Positions 55,931 through 64,000 of a stretch of 64,000 nt of DNA are shown piece by piece. The notes beneath the pieces were generated by a model, which was not told the origin of the DNA, searched no databases, and saw only the letters and a program-made list of their open reading frames with translations. Position numbers and translations under genes: made by a program. The DNA lies in contig CAZJPJ010000001.1 of NCBI GenBank assembly GCA_964548205.1, positions 60,086 through 124,085 on the forward strand, read 5' to 3'. This DNA is from an uncultured Candidatus Saccharibacteria bacterium (GTDB taxonomy: Bacteria; Patescibacteriota; Minisyncoccia; Phycocordibacterales; WO2-35-19). Position 1 is the stretch's first letter; each line of letters begins with the position of its first letter.

Positions 55931-55975
55931 TGTAGACGATGTAAAGTATCAACTCTTTCATCAGCGAAAAAACAC
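55931..55975 (-). promoter_or_regulatory. candidate ECF-type promoter TGAAAG, 16-nt spacer, CGTC, ending about 6 nt before the sigma start codon
   Basis: Reverse complement reads TGAAAGAGTTGATACTTTACATCGTCTACATA then ATG. Confidence 0.3.
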
Positions 55976-56111
55976 TGATATTTCTTACAAAAAATACAAC
56001 ATAACCATGAAAAAGTCTATGAAAGAGGGTCTCACTGCTCTCGTCTATCATACTATCAGTCTTGGTTACTTCATACTTTAGCCTAGACTGACATTATAAA
56101 GAACATACTAT

Positions 56112-56795
56112 ATGAAAAACCTAAAAAACATTTTATTTGCAAGCTTTATTATCGGTTCACTTGTACTTTCTCCTGTCTTTGTTGGGGCCCATAAGGACGA
56201 TGATGATTCTGATTCAAGAAAAGAAGACAGGATCGAAAGGCGTATCGCGAAGCAAACAGAAAAATTTGAAAAGAAACAACAGAACCTTGCTGAAAAGTTT
56301 GAGAAAAAACAACAGAAATTAGAAGAAAAGTTTGAAAAGAAATTTGGCAGAGTGAGCGATGATGATGGAGAAAAGTGCTTCACAAGCTGGGGTCACCTCA
56401 TAGCTTTCGGTTGGCTCAAGAAAAATTCTTCTTCTGAGGTTGAGCTCAAAGATTGCCGTTTCCCATTTGGCATCTGGAAAAAGTTTGGTCACCACAAAGC
56501 TACCACTACTCCCCCTCTTATCTCTGCTACTAGCACTACTGTAGGTACTTCTACTATCAATGTCAGCTGGACTACAAACGAAGCGGCTACATCCAAGGTT
56601 TACTACTCTACTACTACTCCGATAAATCTCTCTCTAAGCAATTTTGTACAGAGTGGATCGTTCGTCACATCTCACTCACTCGATATTACGAACCTTGCTA
56701 CCAGTACCCTATACTACATGCTTATCGAGTCCAAGGACGCTGCTACCAACACTGCCACTTCATCTGAGTTTGCTACTACTACATTATCCGAATGA
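56112..56795 (+). CDS. secreted protein with EKFEKKQQ(N/K)L tandem repeats and a C-terminal Fn3-like domain
   Basis: Signal peptide; three 10-aa repeats; C-terminus NVSWTTNEAATSKVYYST...STLYYMLIESKDAATN is paralogous to the C-terminus of 22749..23450. Confidence 0.55.
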   Translation: MKNLKNILFASFIIGSLVLSPVFVGAHKDDDDSDSRKEDRIERRIAKQTEKFEKKQQNLAEKFEKKQQKLEEKFEKKFGRVSDDDGEKCFTSWGHLIAFGWLKKNSSSEVELKDCRFPFGIWKKFGHHKATTTPPLISATSTTVGTSTINVSWTTNEAATSKVYYSTTTPINLSLSNFVQSGSFVTSHSLDITNLATSTLYYMLIESKDAATNTATSSEFATTTLSE

Positions 56796-56939
56796 TCCAA
56801 AGTGTCTGCCTGATCTTTAGTGTATAGTCGCTAAAACAAGTGAAAGTGGAATAAGTGTAAAATCGATTGCTACGATTTGCCAAAAACTGCCCATCGACTT
56901 CGCTCAGGGCAGTTTTTGGTATATATTATTCTTTGCTCA

Positions 56940-57824
56940 TTATTTCAACTTGTCGATCTCAATCTTTTTCATCTCAAGCATTGCTTTCATCGCGCTTTCT
57001 CTTTTTTCTTTGTCTTCTGAGTTTAGTATCTCTTCCATCCCCTTTGGTACGATTTGCCAAGAGACTCCATGCTTATCTTTGAGCCAGCCACATTGTTCTG
57101 CCTCTGGTACTGCAGAAAGGGCCTCCCAATATTTGTCTATCTCATTCTGGTCTTCGCACTCTACTATCAAAGAAAAGGCCTCATTGAAAGTAAACTTGTG
57201 CGGGCCGCTGCTGTCCATGGCCATAAAGCTGTTGCCGCAAAGGGTAAATCTAGCGTGTTTCAAGTTGTCTTCGCTATCATCATCGTCTGGGTCATAGGGT
57301 AACAACAGATCGATTTTTGAGTTATCAAATATTTTTGTATATGTCTCTATGGCTTCTCTTGCCTTACCTGTTACATCCTGAGTAAACATAAACAAAGGCG
57401 TTATTTTTTGCCCTTCCTTCACTGGCAGACCCCAAGATAATTGCCAAGAAAGACCATATTTGTCATTTAGCCAGCCGTACTTTAAAGCCCATGGATAATC
57501 TCTAAATTCCATCAACACTTCACCTCCTTCTACCAACTTGTTCCATGCATTAGTTATCTCTTCTTCGTTTTCAAATTGTACAAACAAAGATATCGAAGGG
57601 TTTATCTTGAACACTGGGCCGCCGTTTAGTGCGAGCATCCTTAGACCTTCGAGCTCAAACGACACTGTCATAGTACTGCCCGGGGTTTGTCCGTGTATTT
57701 CATTTCCAGCTTCTGGGTATTTTGTTGTACTGAGTATTTTGCTGTTTTTGAATACAGAAGAGTAAAACTTTGCAGCATCTTCTGCTTCTCTGTCGAACCA
57801 AATATTCGGTATGATTTTTTGCAT
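56940..57824 (-). CDS. VOC/glyoxalase-fold protein (PhnB-like), tandem duplicated domain
   Basis: Two repeats of the IWFD...A..FY...F...Y.WA/Y.W. pattern (MQKIIPNIWFDREAEDAAKFYSSVF, then ...GWLKDKHGVSWQIVP). The ORF track start is 57848. Confidence 0.6.
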   Translation of the reverse strand: MQKIIPNIWFDREAEDAAKFYSSVFKNSKILSTTKYPEAGNEIHGQTPGSTMTVSFELEGLRMLALNGGPVFKINPSISLFVQFENEEEITNAWNKLVEGGEVLMEFRDYPWALKYGWLNDKYGLSWQLSWGLPVKEGQKITPLFMFTQDVTGKAREAIETYTKIFDNSKIDLLLPYDPDDDDSEDNLKHARFTLCGNSFMAMDSSGPHKFTFNEAFSLIVECEDQNEIDKYWEALSAVPEAEQCGWLKDKHGVSWQIVPKGMEEILNSEDKEKRESAMKAMLEMKKIEIDKLK

Positions 57825-57825
57825 C

Positions 57826-58566
57826 TTATTGTTTTTTAAATCCTTCAAATGCCTTCAATATCTCAAGTGGGATTGTAAATATTACTGTATTAGACTGATC
57901 TGAAGAAAGATCGTTTATGGATTGTAGAGTGCGCAAATGTAGTGCTCCCTCGGTGGTAGTAAGGATCCTGGCAGCTTCTGCCATGTTTTGCGCAGCAGCA
58001 AGTTCTCCTTCAGAGTTTATGATCACAGCCCTCTTTTCTCTTTCTGCTTCTGCTTGCTTTGCTATAGTACGCTCCATGTCTGACGGCAGGCTTATGTCTT
58101 TGAGCTCTACGTTGCTCACCTTTAGGCCCCAAGCGTCTGTCTCTTTGTCTACTATCTGCAATATACGATCAGCCAGCTTTTCTCTGTTGGCCAGAAGTTC
58201 GTCGAGTGTCACTTCGCCGACTATGTTGCGCATAGTTGTTTGAGCGTATTGCGATATGGCGTATTTGAAATCTTCTACTTCTAGTATGGCTTTTTCTGCG
58301 GACTCTACTTTGTAATATATAACTGCGTTTACTTTGACCGACACGTTGTCTCTTGTTATTCCTTTCTGGTCGGGCACATCTACTGCCTTTACACGCATGT
58401 CTACTTTGCTTGCACTCTGAAATATCGGCAACACCAAGCGCCACCCGGGGTCCATAATTCCCGAAAATCTACCCATAGTAAATCTTACCCCCCTTTCATA
58501 TTCGTTGACCTGCCTCAGGCTGGAGAGGAAGATCATGAGTAGCACAAAAAACAATAGGTAAGACAT
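57826..58566 (-). CDS. SPFH/band-7 protein (stomatin/prohibitin-like, QmcA-type)
   Basis: N-terminal TM; SPFH core YERGVRFTMGRF...AVIYYKVESAEKAI...AEREKRAVIINSEGE. Confidence 0.8.
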   Translation of the reverse strand: MSYLLFFVLLMIFLSSLRQVNEYERGVRFTMGRFSGIMDPGWRLVLPIFQSASKVDMRVKAVDVPDQKGITRDNVSVKVNAVIYYKVESAEKAILEVEDFKYAISQYAQTTMRNIVGEVTLDELLANREKLADRILQIVDKETDAWGLKVSNVELKDISLPSDMERTIAKQAEAEREKRAVIINSEGELAAAQNMAEAARILTTTEGALHLRTLQSINDLSSDQSNTVIFTIPLEILKAFEGFKKQ

Positions 58567-58599
58567 GGCTTTAGCGTTAGCTTCTAATTTCCCCTATTA

Positions 58600-58636
58600 T
58601 ACCACAAAATGAAATGGCCGCCCCTCCGGGGCGGCC
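58600..58636 (-). terminator. hairpin GGCCGCCCC, 3-nt loop tcc, GGGGCGGCC
   Basis: Downstream of the 58655..58942 ORF; an A/T-rich run follows on the minus strand. Confidence 0.45.
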
Positions 58637-58654
58637 GTCTCTGCGTGCTGAAGT

Positions 58655-58942
58655 TCAGATAAGATCGTGCGTGAACGGCAACGCAATGAATACCGATCCG
58701 CACTTACACCGAAAATCGGTTACCGCCTTCGCCACGTCTCGAGTTTCTTTGTTACAATCAGGGCAACGGATATCGCCCCATATGTTGAACGCGTAGAGCT
58801 TTCTCGTCTCTGTTGGCTTGACTGGCTCCGGCTTCTGAAACATCCCCGCTAGTGAAGCGGGAACGACCGATGAACCAGTTGGTGCTACTGCTAGGTAGCA
58901 CATCATGACTCCTGGTCTACTTTCCACTCTAATTATTGGCAT
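58655..58942 (-). CDS. small zinc-ribbon protein (CPDC...CKC), moderately GC-rich
   Basis: CPDCNKETRDVAKAVTDFRCKCGS; the start is uncertain. Confidence 0.35.
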   Translation of the reverse strand: MPIIRVESRPGVMMCYLAVAPTGSSVVPASLAGMFQKPEPVKPTETRKLYAFNIWGDIRCPDCNKETRDVAKAVTDFRCKCGSVFIALPFTHDLI

Positions 58943-59133
58943 TCATGCCTCCTTTTGGTTTCTAATCCAACCCCTAAGATATAACTATCACCCAAAAAGT
59001 CAACGAAAACTGCCCGCGAAAGCGAGGAGCTTTCGCGGGTAGTTTTCGATTGTTTGTTTCTTAAATAATATCACTTAGCTCATTATTTTATTGTTTCTTG
59101 TCAGACTTTACTTTTCTCCCGCTTTAGTTTATT

Positions 59134-59150
59134 ATGCAAGTTACTTGCAT
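59134..59150. promoter_or_regulatory. 17-bp perfect palindrome ATGCAAGT-T-ACTTGCAT at the fur start
   Basis: Read directly. A Fur-box-like AT-rich segment (AATAATATCAC...TCATTATTTTATTG) lies about 70 nt upstream. Confidence 0.35.
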
Positions 59151-59481
59151 TATGAGAACAAACGTATACAAAGAACATATACTGAAACTGCTCAAGAAAA
59201 AGCATCTTTTAACCATTGCCAAAATCCACAAGGCCATACCCGATGCCGACTATTCGACCGTTTTTCGTAATGTCGAACAACTTCTTAAGGACAAGGAGAT
59301 TAAGAAAGTGATGATAGACAACAAATCTATTGCCTACGAGGCCTCAAAAGACAGCCACGATCACTTCATCTGTAATGACTGCGGTACGGTTGAATCTATT
59401 CATATTCCTCATAAATCCATCAAAGGTAGAAAGGTTGATGATATTACGGTACGAGGTTCATGTAATAAATGTGCTGATTAA
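59134..59481 (+). CDS. fur: Fur-family metalloregulator
   Basis: The HTH region and HDHFICNDCGTVESIH...CNKCAD (HHDH/CxxC metal sites) are typical of Fur. The Met at 59152 is an alternative start. Confidence 0.75.
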   Translation: MQVTCIMRTNVYKEHILKLLKKKHLLTIAKIHKAIPDADYSTVFRNVEQLLKDKEIKKVMIDNKSIAYEASKDSHDHFICNDCGTVESIHIPHKSIKGRKVDDITVRGSCNKCAD

Positions 59482-59484
59482 TAT

Positions 59485-60435
59485 ATGAGAATTGCCTTTG
59501 TTGGAAAAGGCGGATCAGGTAAAAGCACCCTTTCAGCCTCATTCGCCTCATATGTAGCACAACAAATAACTAAACCAGTTGTTGTTTTCGATGCGGATCT
59601 CAATATTCACACACCGGAGCTACTCGGTTTTGAACCTATTCCCTTTGAAAAACATCTCTCAAGCCCTCAGACAACAAAGACCATTCAGAAGTGGCTCATT
59701 GGTGAAAATGATATACAAAATCTCGGCGCTTTTCGTAAATCTACACCACCAACCAGAAAATCTAATATCATAAAGATTGAATCAATCAAAGATACTCCTG
59801 TCGGATCATTTGGATTACACAGATACAATCTCTCCGTCTTCGCCGTCGGGACCTATCAAGAAGAAGATATCGGTGCAAGTTGTTACCACAACAACCTTGC
59901 AATCTTTGAAAGCATTTTGAACCATACCGACGACAAAAAAGGATATCTCATTGCCGACATGGTGGCGGGTGTGGACTCATTTGCCGGAACACTTCATGCA
60001 CAATTCGATCTGACGTATCTCATCGTCGAGCCAACAATGCGAAGTATTGATGTATACACCAAGTATATCGAGCTTGCTACTGAGGCTGGTGTTGCTGATG
60101 GTGTAAGAGTTATCGGCAATAAAGTGCGAAATCAGAAAGATATCGATTTCGTCAAGAAACACATCCCATCTGGAAAAATAATCGGATTTTTTACAGATGA
60201 CGAGCATATTCGAGATATTGATCAGAACGGCGCAACACTCTCTGTCTCAAAAATTCATCCTGATAATCAAGAACTTTTGAAAATAATACTAGAGTTTACT
60301 AACACACTACCTGACACTCGTAATGTACGACTCAAGAAAATTTGGGAATTACATAAAAAATATGTTAACAGACCCCTTATAACAGAAAGATTTGGGGACC
60401 TGACCGGTCAAATCGACGAAGAATTTAGATTTTAA
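59485..60435 (+). CDS. MinD/ParA/CooC-superfamily P-loop ATPase (deviant Walker A KGGSGKST)
   Basis: IAFVGKGGSGKSTLSASFASYVA...VVFDADLN...; 4-nt gap from fur and 3-nt gap to the next gene. Confidence 0.6.
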   Translation: MRIAFVGKGGSGKSTLSASFASYVAQQITKPVVVFDADLNIHTPELLGFEPIPFEKHLSSPQTTKTIQKWLIGENDIQNLGAFRKSTPPTRKSNIIKIESIKDTPVGSFGLHRYNLSVFAVGTYQEEDIGASCYHNNLAIFESILNHTDDKKGYLIADMVAGVDSFAGTLHAQFDLTYLIVEPTMRSIDVYTKYIELATEAGVADGVRVIGNKVRNQKDIDFVKKHIPSGKIIGFFTDDEHIRDIDQNGATLSVSKIHPDNQELLKIILEFTNTLPDTRNVRLKKIWELHKKYVNRPLITERFGDLTGQIDEEFRF

Positions 60436-60437
60436 CT

Positions 60438-61919
60438 ATGAAAACTGTTTATAATAAAAAAGTATTTGCTGGCGAAAATTCAATGCTTGATTTTGTAAAT
60501 CCAGCAAATTCCATAACTCCCTTAGTCGAGATACATAAGAACATAAACCCATTTTATACAGATGGGGTCAGATTTTACGCAAAGCTGTTGCAGTTTTCCC
60601 CGCTTGCTCAAGTCAAATCAATACCTGCCTACGAGATGCTCATCCAAGCAAATGCACGCAATGAGATCAATGGAAAAGATACCATTATCGAAGCATCATC
60701 TGGGAACACTTCTTACGGCCTTTCCGTGATAAGCAGACTTCTTTCAATAAATAACATAGAAGCCTATGTATCTCACGAAATAAGTGACAAGAAAATTAGC
60801 CTGCTCCGTCTTTTTGGAATCAAAGCAAAAGTATTTGAAGATCCTCTTTGTGCGGACGCTACTGATCCAGAAAGTAGAATATATAAAGCAAGAGACGCCG
60901 GAAAAATAAAAAATATCTATAACCCAGGACAATATTCAAACATAGACAATCCTTCCTCACATTACAAATATACCGCAAAACAAATATGGGAGCAGACGAA
61001 TGGCGAAATTGCTATATTCTGTTGCGGATTAGGAACTAGTGGCACCTTCTCAGGATGTAGCATGTTCTTGAAAGAAAAAAATGAAAAAATACACTGCATT
61101 GCTGGTTTACGAAGTGAAAATAATATGGTCCCCGGGCTTAGAACCGAAAATCAAATGAGAGAAATAGACTTTCCATGGAAGGAATACTTGGACGCATCAA
61201 TAAAAATCAGTTCGATAGATTCATATGCTAACAGTCTTGATCTGATACGCTACGGAATTATTGCTGGACCTAGTTCAGGCTTGGCATTTGCTACCGCAAA
61301 AGAATATATAGGGATCCTAAAAAAAGATAATAAATTGGAAAAACTAAAAAATCAGGAAGGCTATATAAATGTCATCTTTATATGTTGTGATTTTCCCTAT
61401 TTATATTTGAATGAATACTTCCAATACCTCGATCCATCGAGTTTCCCCAATATAGAGAATGAGCAGTTGCTTAGAGAAAGAGGAGAACACAATACTCCTC
61501 AAACGATTCCAACAGTAAAAGAATTATCTTCTCATGAAGTGTTTGATCTTGCATTCAATGAAAGTCCTGAGAAGGTTTGGGGACAAATAAAGCACAAGGA
61601 GAAAATTGAGCTAAAGAAAGATGTTTCGATAATCGATGTTCGTAATGAGAGCGAATATGAAGATCGCCATGTTCCTGAATCAGTACATGTTCCATTTCAT
61701 GATCTGGATACATTCCTACAGAAAAATAAAAAGGAGCTCAGTAAAAATAATGCTGTGATATTCGTATGTAGGCGTGGAAACACCAGCCGTTTGGCGGCGC
61801 ACAAAGCCGAACAACTAGGTATCAAGTCTATCAGCCTCAAGGGCGGTGATGCCGAGTGGAGTAGACTCAATCTTCCACGTATTCGTCCAGAGAAATGTAT
61901 TTTAAGGTTTGATCTATAA
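60438..61919 (+). CDS. PLP-dependent cysteine-synthase-family (Trp-synthase-beta fold) enzyme fused to a C-terminal rhodanese domain
   Basis: N-terminal ITPLVEI...QVKSIPAYEM (PLP Lys), EASSGNTSYGLS and GLGTSGTFSGCSMFLKE (Gly-rich phosphate loop). C-terminal IIDVRNESEYEDRHVPESVHVP...VIFVCRRGNTSRLAA has the rhodanese active-site Cys. Confidence 0.7.
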   Translation: MKTVYNKKVFAGENSMLDFVNPANSITPLVEIHKNINPFYTDGVRFYAKLLQFSPLAQVKSIPAYEMLIQANARNEINGKDTIIEASSGNTSYGLSVISRLLSINNIEAYVSHEISDKKISLLRLFGIKAKVFEDPLCADATDPESRIYKARDAGKIKNIYNPGQYSNIDNPSSHYKYTAKQIWEQTNGEIAIFCCGLGTSGTFSGCSMFLKEKNEKIHCIAGLRSENNMVPGLRTENQMREIDFPWKEYLDASIKISSIDSYANSLDLIRYGIIAGPSSGLAFATAKEYIGILKKDNKLEKLKNQEGYINVIFICCDFPYLYLNEYFQYLDPSSFPNIENEQLLRERGEHNTPQTIPTVKELSSHEVFDLAFNESPEKVWGQIKHKEKIELKKDVSIIDVRNESEYEDRHVPESVHVPFHDLDTFLQKNKKELSKNNAVIFVCRRGNTSRLAAHKAEQLGIKSISLKGGDAEWSRLNLPRIRPEKCILRFDL

Positions 61920-62167
61920 AAAAACCATTTAGGACTCGAACCATAGAAATGGCTTAAATTAAGAATATTTTGATATCGACAAAAATAGCAAAAGTTCGAG
62001 TCCATGACTCGTTTTTAAAATATGTTGCAAAATATAGCTATTTTACCCCTCTCGGTAGGGGTCACATGACTGCTGGCCGTCTGGGACGGTATTAGAACAA
62101 GTATAATCCTAAAGACATGAAAATAGAACCGCCGGACTCGAAAGCCCGGCGGGTGTTGGTCCTGCTG

Positions 62168-62515
62168 TTAGGCAGGAGTTGATGTGTCAGCGAGTTCTTG
62201 TTCGCCTTTCTCTTCTTTCTTCGACTTCTCCTTGGGGTTGTCCCTAAGGACATCACCCATGTTAAAGACGATCAGAGCCAAGGCTACAAGTCCCGCCAAG
62301 CGGAGAGAGCTTTGAAACTCAGGGGTCCGAATCGGTTGAACCCACCCAAATTCCACAGCGCCGTTCCACAGTAGAGGAACAACTACGTAGAGAACCAGTC
62401 CGACGACGAACAACAGCATCCGCGTACGCTTACGACGCTGGTGCTCCTCTGCTCGAAGCCGGCTCTGTTCCGCACGTTCTTCTTTAGTCAAGGTACACCT
62501 CTTTCTACCTACCAC
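62168..62515 (-). CDS. small basic membrane protein (115 aa)
   Basis: One or two TM helices; a hairpin terminator lies at about 62125-62160 on the minus strand. Confidence 0.4.
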   Translation of the reverse strand: MVGRKRCTLTKEERAEQSRLRAEEHQRRKRTRMLLFVVGLVLYVVVPLLWNGAVEFGWVQPIRTPEFQSSLRLAGLVALALIVFNMGDVLRDNPKEKSKKEEKGEQELADTSTPA

Positions 62516-62579
62516 AGGTGCGAATCGCTACTAAGGGCAGGCTTAAGTATTATATATTATATAGATGGATATGTAAATA

Positions 62580-62867
62580 TCACCCGTTTGTCCACCAAGA
62601 ACCAATACTAGAAATCATGAGTTTTCCGAAACCTAAAATTATTAAGAGTACTCCAAAACCTCTTAAATCCCCTCCAAGCATCATCACCCCAATTATTATA
62701 AAGGCAACACCCCAAAGACTCTTCTTTTTCCATTTTTTGCTAGTCCTTTCAACTTCTACCACCTCCACTTTTTGAGAATTTGTATTTATAGGGTTGCCAC
62801 AATGAGGACAGGATTCAGCCTTGTCTGATATTTCTTTTTGGCACTCACTACACTTTACTAGAGCCAT
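62580..62867 (-). CDS. zinc-ribbon (CSEC...CPHC) plus TM small protein
   Basis: MALVKCSECQKEISDKAESCPHCGNPI followed by a hydrophobic helix. Confidence 0.4.
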   Translation of the reverse strand: MALVKCSECQKEISDKAESCPHCGNPINTNSQKVEVVEVERTSKKWKKKSLWGVAFIIIGVMMLGGDLRGFGVLLIILGFGKLMISSIGSWWTNG

Positions 62868-62918
62868 ATTTGTTAAAGATAGCTAATAAACATATGCTAA
62901 CTATAGTATGTAGAACCA

Positions 62919-63161
62919 TTGTTAGCAAGTTTCTATGCTTTTAGTATTGTGAACAAGCAAATACTAAAACAATTTGGCAAAAGGGTGCGAGAAGAAAGAG
63001 AAAAACAAGGTATTTCTCAAGAAAGATTGGGAGAACTAGCCAAAGTCCATAGAACTTACATAGGCATGATTGAGCGTGCCGAGAAAAATATTACTCTTAC
63101 CAATATGGAGAAAATCGCTAGAGCTTTGGGTAAAAAGGTGAATAATTTGGTAGACTTTTAG
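62919..63161 (+). CDS. XRE-family helix-turn-helix transcriptional regulator
   Basis: QISQERLGELAKVHRTYIGMIERAEKNITLTNMEKIARALG is a Cro/C1-type HTH. Confidence 0.7.
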   Translation: MLASFYAFSIVNKQILKQFGKRVREEREKQGISQERLGELAKVHRTYIGMIERAEKNITLTNMEKIARALGKKVNNLVDF

Positions 63162-63387
63162 ACTCCTCTTATTGCTTTTATAATATCTGTTATTTCTCCG
63201 AGACTCATCTGTTTTTTTGTCTGTCGATAGATACCCGTTATCTTGGTTTGCATAAATCGTCTGTGCCAATTCTTTTATTACGTGATCTCGCGTGTCTTTG
63301 TGATCAGTATTAGATATCAATATATCAAAAGATTGCAAAGCATTTTGTCTGTGTAGGTTTAAGTTATATAAATGCATATTAGGGGAA

Positions 63388-63660
63388 ATGGGGTCAGGAA
63401 ATGGGGTCACAGGAAATGGGGTCAGCCACCTTTTTTCGTGGAAATGGGGTCAGCCACCTTTTTTCGGGGAAATGGAAATGGGGTCAGCCACCTTTTTTCG
63501 GCCTCCCCACATTATGGAGTACTTGTTCAATATCAAATTTCCTAACTATTCTATCAATCCATGTGGAAATGGGGTCAGCCACCTTTTTTCGGCCTCCCCA
63601 CATTATGGAGTACTTGTTCAATATCAAATTTCCTAACTATTCTATCAATCCATGCATCCT
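63388..63660. repeat. nested tandem duplication: about 95-bp unit x2 plus 5 partial copies (13-27 bp) of its GAAATGGGGTCAGCCACCTTTTTTCG end
   Basis: The units duplicate the last roughly 25 codons and stop of the minus-strand transposase-like gene. There are no unique spacers. Confidence 0.8.
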
Positions 63661-64000
63661 TTCCAAAAGGTATGCTCTTTTCTTCAGATTGTTCCAGTCT
63701 TTCCAACTCTTTTATGGTGATAGGATCATTAACCATTCTTAGATAATTCTTTGGCATGTCAGTTGGCCAAACTGAAAGAAACACCTTCTGCTTTTCTGTA
63801 CCGAATTCCCTCCTCCAAAGGCTCGACCACTTCCAGTTTTCTGCTTTCTTAACCAAATTCGCTGTCTTAGCATTCCTCTCTACATACCGGAGTACTGTAA
63901 GGAGGTGTTGGTCTTGTTCGCAGATGAATGATTTGTATCGACCTTGATACAGGTGCCCTTGCCCGACTGTAGCTTTAGCAACATGCCACCGACGGGTATG
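63575..64000 (-). mobile_element. tnpA: HuH Y1 tyrosine transposase (IS200/IS605-RAYT type), C-terminal part; the N-terminus lies beyond the window end
   Basis: Minus-strand frame open from 64000 reads ...GHLYQGRYKSFICEQDQHLLTVLRYVERNAKTANLVKKAENWKWSSLWRR..., matching the Y1-transposase C-terminal signature W/Y-Q-x-R-Y/F...YI-x-x-N-P/A-V-x-A-x-L-V...(D/N)-W-x-W-S-S. It ends ...GRPKKGG at 63575. Confidence 0.55.

Noticed and set aside
61925-62015. tRNA gene suggested by GGTTCGAGTCC-like T-arm motifs
   Set aside because: The flanking sequence cannot form T-stem or acceptor-stem pairings on either strand; only the loop consensus is present.
63036-63410. 124-aa minus-strand ORF overlapping the XRE regulator gene
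   Set aside because: It overlaps about 125 bp of a well-supported HTH gene on the opposite strand, has no motif, and its 5' end runs into the tandem-repeat region.
63388-63660. Possible CRISPR array (regularly spaced GAAATGGGGTCAG... repeats)
   Set aside because: The intervening segments are not unique spacers; the whole unit, including the 'spacer', is duplicated. The shorter copies are nested truncations of the same sequence. The repeats encode the 3' end of the adjacent transposase-like gene, and no cas genes are present.

Overview
Low-GC bacterial chromosomal window of about 64 kb, densely packed with genes. Housekeeping content includes alaS (5' part), an M16 peptidase, mnmA, mltG, leuS, ychF, a complete F-type ATP synthase operon (atpI-like, B, E, F, H, A, G, D, C), glk-pgi, a zwf-gnd fusion, a lexA/Y-family polymerase pair, typA/bipA, trhO, an ABC exporter, an ECF sigma/anti-sigma pair, fur and a CysK-like/rhodanese fusion. 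The many small membrane hypotheticals, divergent aaRS and streamlined layout fit an uncultivated small-genome lineage; that is inference only. No rRNA genes or CRISPR arrays were found and no tRNA gene could be supported. Two features stand out. (1) Several short, clearly GC-rich segments sit in intergenic positions of the AT-rich backbone. Each looks like a self-contained unit with a near-consensus sigma70 promoter, a strong Shine-Dalgarno site, a CDS and a GC-rich hairpin terminator. These include an NfeD-flotillin operon, two PEP-CTERM proteins and several small unknown proteins. (2) An accessory stretch at 4.3-7.6 kb holds UDG family 4, HicAB, an MGMT-like protein and a translationally coupled pair of PD-(D/E)xK nucleases (ATP-cone/Mrr-like plus Cas4-like). 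Other notable items are a complete NUDIX box inserted inside LeuRS, an attenuator-like leader before leuS, 30-bp direct repeats bracketing a small gene, and a partial HuH Y1 transposase at the right edge whose 3' end is tandemly duplicated.
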